64,000 bases of DNA, from NCBI GenBank assembly GCA_027604505.1, contig JADIIX010000088.1, forward strand, positions 1-64,000, written 5' to 3'. How positions within the stretch are numbered: the first letter of the stretch is position 1; each line of letters opens with the position of its first letter. Positions 61,201 through 64,000 of the stretch are shown one piece after another. The notes under the pieces are model-generated. The model was given only the letters and a program-made list of their open reading frames with translations. It did not search any database and was not told the DNA's origin. Both the position numbers and the translations under genes were made by a program. Origin of the DNA: Gonapodya sp. JEL0774 (lineage: Eukaryota).

Positions 61201-63828
61201 GTTGTGCGAGGTGATTTCCCGGCGTTGGTGCTCCGAACTCTGTCACAGACATCACATTTGCCGTTTTCGGAAGTTTTTTCTTCCCTTCTTTTTCCAACAT
61301 CGTCACGCCCTCAATCTTCTTCACAGCCTCCTCCACATCGAAGTCATCCTTCCTCGACTTCTCAGCTTCCGCGACTGCCTTCTTCCCTCCCTTCCCATGT
61401 CCTGATTGTTCGCCTCGGTCTTTGTCTTTCTCCCTCTTCTCAAGTGATTCCCAATCTGCACTGCGCGCTTTTTTCAGCGCAATGAGGATTGTCTTGGGTT
61501 GGACGGTAACCTTACTCTGGGACGGCACAATCGCCTCGGCGAGGGTGAGATCGAGTGAGTGGATCGAATCTTGTTGGAAGAGTACGCCAGGAAAAGTAAC
61601 ACGCAGCTGCAAAACGTCCGCACATCATAGAGTTGACACTAGTCCACTTCAGACGAAACAACGAATTAATAACCCACTTTCCTCTCCTCAAACTTGCAAT
61701 CTACTTGTTCCTCTTTCAAGCCCTTCATGTAAATAGTTACAAAAAACTCTCCTTTTGTTTGGTAGCTGTCATATCGAAGTCTTGAGGCGGTCCAAGAGTA
61801 TGAATTGAGTGATGTAAAAATTGGATTGAGTGATCTTCATCATTCGCCGATCTAACGAAGCCTCACTCACTTGTGCTTGGTTGGCTCTGGCTCCACGCCA
61901 ATTTTCTTGTAGTACTCTTCCTCCAGTTCTTTTCTGCTCTTCTTCCCTTCCATTTCTTCTGACAGCTTCCCATCTCCGCCGGAGCCGAGCCCAACAACAC
62001 CCAAGCCGGCCCGCCGCAGTGGTTGCAAATGCCGGAGGTAGTGACTTATAAAAAGCTTGTTATTGTATTCCATAATATCACGAGCTTTGTCAGGAGTCAG
62101 TGAAGGACCAGAGTTGGGCTCTGCATTGGGTTGCACAGGGACCGTCTGAAGTCTACCGTTAACAATGCGCCGGCGAGGACGCCGGTCAGAAGCGGGGGAA
62201 GATCCGGTAGAAGCTGATGCAACAGAAAGGGTGTTCGCTCCGTTGACCAATCCATTTGTGACCCCGACTTCTCCCTTAGTGTCCTTTCCGGTTTCAGTGC
62301 CCGTTTGGGCCGCATCTCCGTCCTTGCCATTGCCATCGGGAGATAAATCGACGACTTTCTTCTTTTTGTGTTTCCTCTTTTTTCTCTTCTCAGTGGACGT
62401 TCCACCTGTGACCTCCGCGTCCTCTTCGGATTCCATAGCAGGATTATCTGCAGTTTCACGAGTAATTTGAGCATCCTCGGACGTTTGAGGTGGACTTTCA
62501 GGCGGGTTTGTGACAACAGGAGGTGAGGTTTCTGCAGTGACCGCTTCTGGTATGTCAATTCGCGATTCGGGCAAAGTCGCGTCCTTGAACTGTGTGTGAG
62601 CTGAGTCCCCCTGAATAGAGTCCGCGACAGGGGAGAGCGGAGCGATTGTAGACACAGCACTGTGTGCGGATATTGATGCCCCGGCAAATGTTGTGCGGCC
62701 GACATCTTCCTCCCGTCCGTGCTGAGGACCATCATCCGGCTTTGCAGTGTCAGCACCGGATCCCGCCGATCCTGACCACGAGGCTGAGTCAGCTGCAGCC
62801 AGCGTAGCATCGGTAGATGACGAATGGGAAGGAGATGGTGGCGATGGAGGTGAAGGAAAGGATGTTAATTCTGTTGTGTTTGAAGGGGGGATCGTGGCAA
62901 GGAGTGGCAGATTTTCGGATTGGGGGTCTGTAGAGAGCTTGCTGCGTTGCCTTTTATTCTTTTTAGATGAAAGTGCGGGTTCCACCCGTTCTCCGACTGA
63001 TGACTGAGGCGCTTTTACAGTTTGTGAGTTGGTTTCGAGGGATATGTTATCCGCCATTTGTATCGGATATGAGGTGTGAGAAGCCGCATTCTGGGTTTCG
63101 AAATACGGTCGAGAATTGCTTTCGGAAATAGAAGGGGGGGTAGCAGCTTTCAAGTCTGGAGGTACATGAGTAGTGGATGTGGCCTGCGTGTTGCAATTAC
63201 TGTCTCGGGCAGCGTCTTTGACGGAGTCCGCCTTTAAGCCTGCAGTTGGTAGACCGAATGACTCTTCTTGAAAGACCTGTGCAGCCTCCTCAGACAACAA
63301 CGGGATTCCGAGTTTCCAATCGAGGTCCTCAGAATTCACATCAGATTCTCGTCCACCGTCCACAGTAGGTTCTTGATTCCTTGAGCTCTCCAAAGACGGA
63401 GAAAAAGGCTCGGCTCCGATACTATGTGACACTGCACCCGGTTTCCGCCGCTTTCTCCGCTTCTTGCGGGTGTCAGTGCCTTTCGTGTCCATGAGTCCGC
63501 CAGTGGATGAGGTCACAGACAACTCAGATTCCCTGAAGGGCACAGTCACCGAATGAGAATGTGTATGCTCAACAGGTGCAGGATTCGCTCCAGGAGCTTT
63601 CGGAGGTGTGCTGAGACGGTTGGGAAGTTTTGGCAGATGGCCCGATCCCGATGGAAGTCCCCGCCCAACGGCCGTCCCGTCCGCCGTCCCACCTGCTGCC
63701 ACCTCCGCTGAAGCAGCAGCCTCTGGGTGACTGCCATGAACTCCTGCAGGGCCATTTGTTGCAGGCGAGGGTGCAACCTTGGTGGAAGCTGACCGAACGC
63801 CAGAGGAACTGCCCTGTTTCCGCGCCAT
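58237..63828 (-). CDS. Ubiquitin-specific protease with a CS (p23-like) domain, USP19-like architecture
   Basis: CS-like LDLTLAEAIVPSQSKVTVQPKTILIALKK..WESL. Cys box GLYNMGQT|CYVNSIVQAL, QQHDAQE, FDPFMFLTVPLP, LPKILIIHLKRF, His box LFAVVNHFG..SGH, AYCLYYRRV*. Confidence 0.9.
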
Positions 63829-64000
63829 CGCCCAGACGTCTCAAAAAAAGGGCTTCCAGTAATGTCCACCGCCTAATCAAGTTCCGTTTCGGGGGAAACA
63901 AGAGTGAGCTCTTCGGAAGCTGGGGACTTAGGTGTTAGAAATCAATGGGGGGAATGGTACCTGTGTGGGCCAGTAAGACCGAGATTCGAGAAACGACAGA

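Noticed and set aside
1..64000. tRNA, rRNA, transposons or an alternative genetic code
   Set aside because: None was recognised by eye. The stops I examined within genes are explained by introns under the standard code. Small ncRNAs cannot be excluded without a covariance-model search.

Overview
Compact, intron-rich eukaryotic DNA with short GT-AG introns, many with GTGAGT/GTAAG donors. The gene content is fungal-like, possibly an early-diverging flagellated lineage (inference only). About 21 spliced or partly spliced protein genes were read, mostly housekeeping: SPX-EXS, RNI-like LRR, SDR, AlaX, saccharopine-dehydrogenase-like, Sir2, GSH1, WDR44, RecQ, malonyl-CoA decarboxylase, CitE-like, AN1 zinc finger, RQC2/NEMF, zeta-crystallin and a CS-domain USP. 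The main candidate novelty is at 36.7-46.3 kb. A full-length, intron-containing homologue of the bacterial trimethylamine N-oxide demethylase Tdm (DUF1989 + GCV_T) lies next to an amine/amino-acid permease and a divergently transcribed flavin monooxygenase, suggesting a eukaryotic methylated-amine (TMA/TMAO) catabolic cluster. A second bacterial-type gene, a cNMP-binding domain fused to a DUF6909/nucleoside-phosphorylase-like body, sits head-to-head with RecQ. Smaller findings are an SPX domain lacking its inositol-pyrophosphate-binding lysines, an orphan signal-peptide/HDEL protein, micro-exons, and a likely mis-join near 49.9 kb. Exon boundaries were read by eye and family assignments rest on recalled motifs; no database searches were run.
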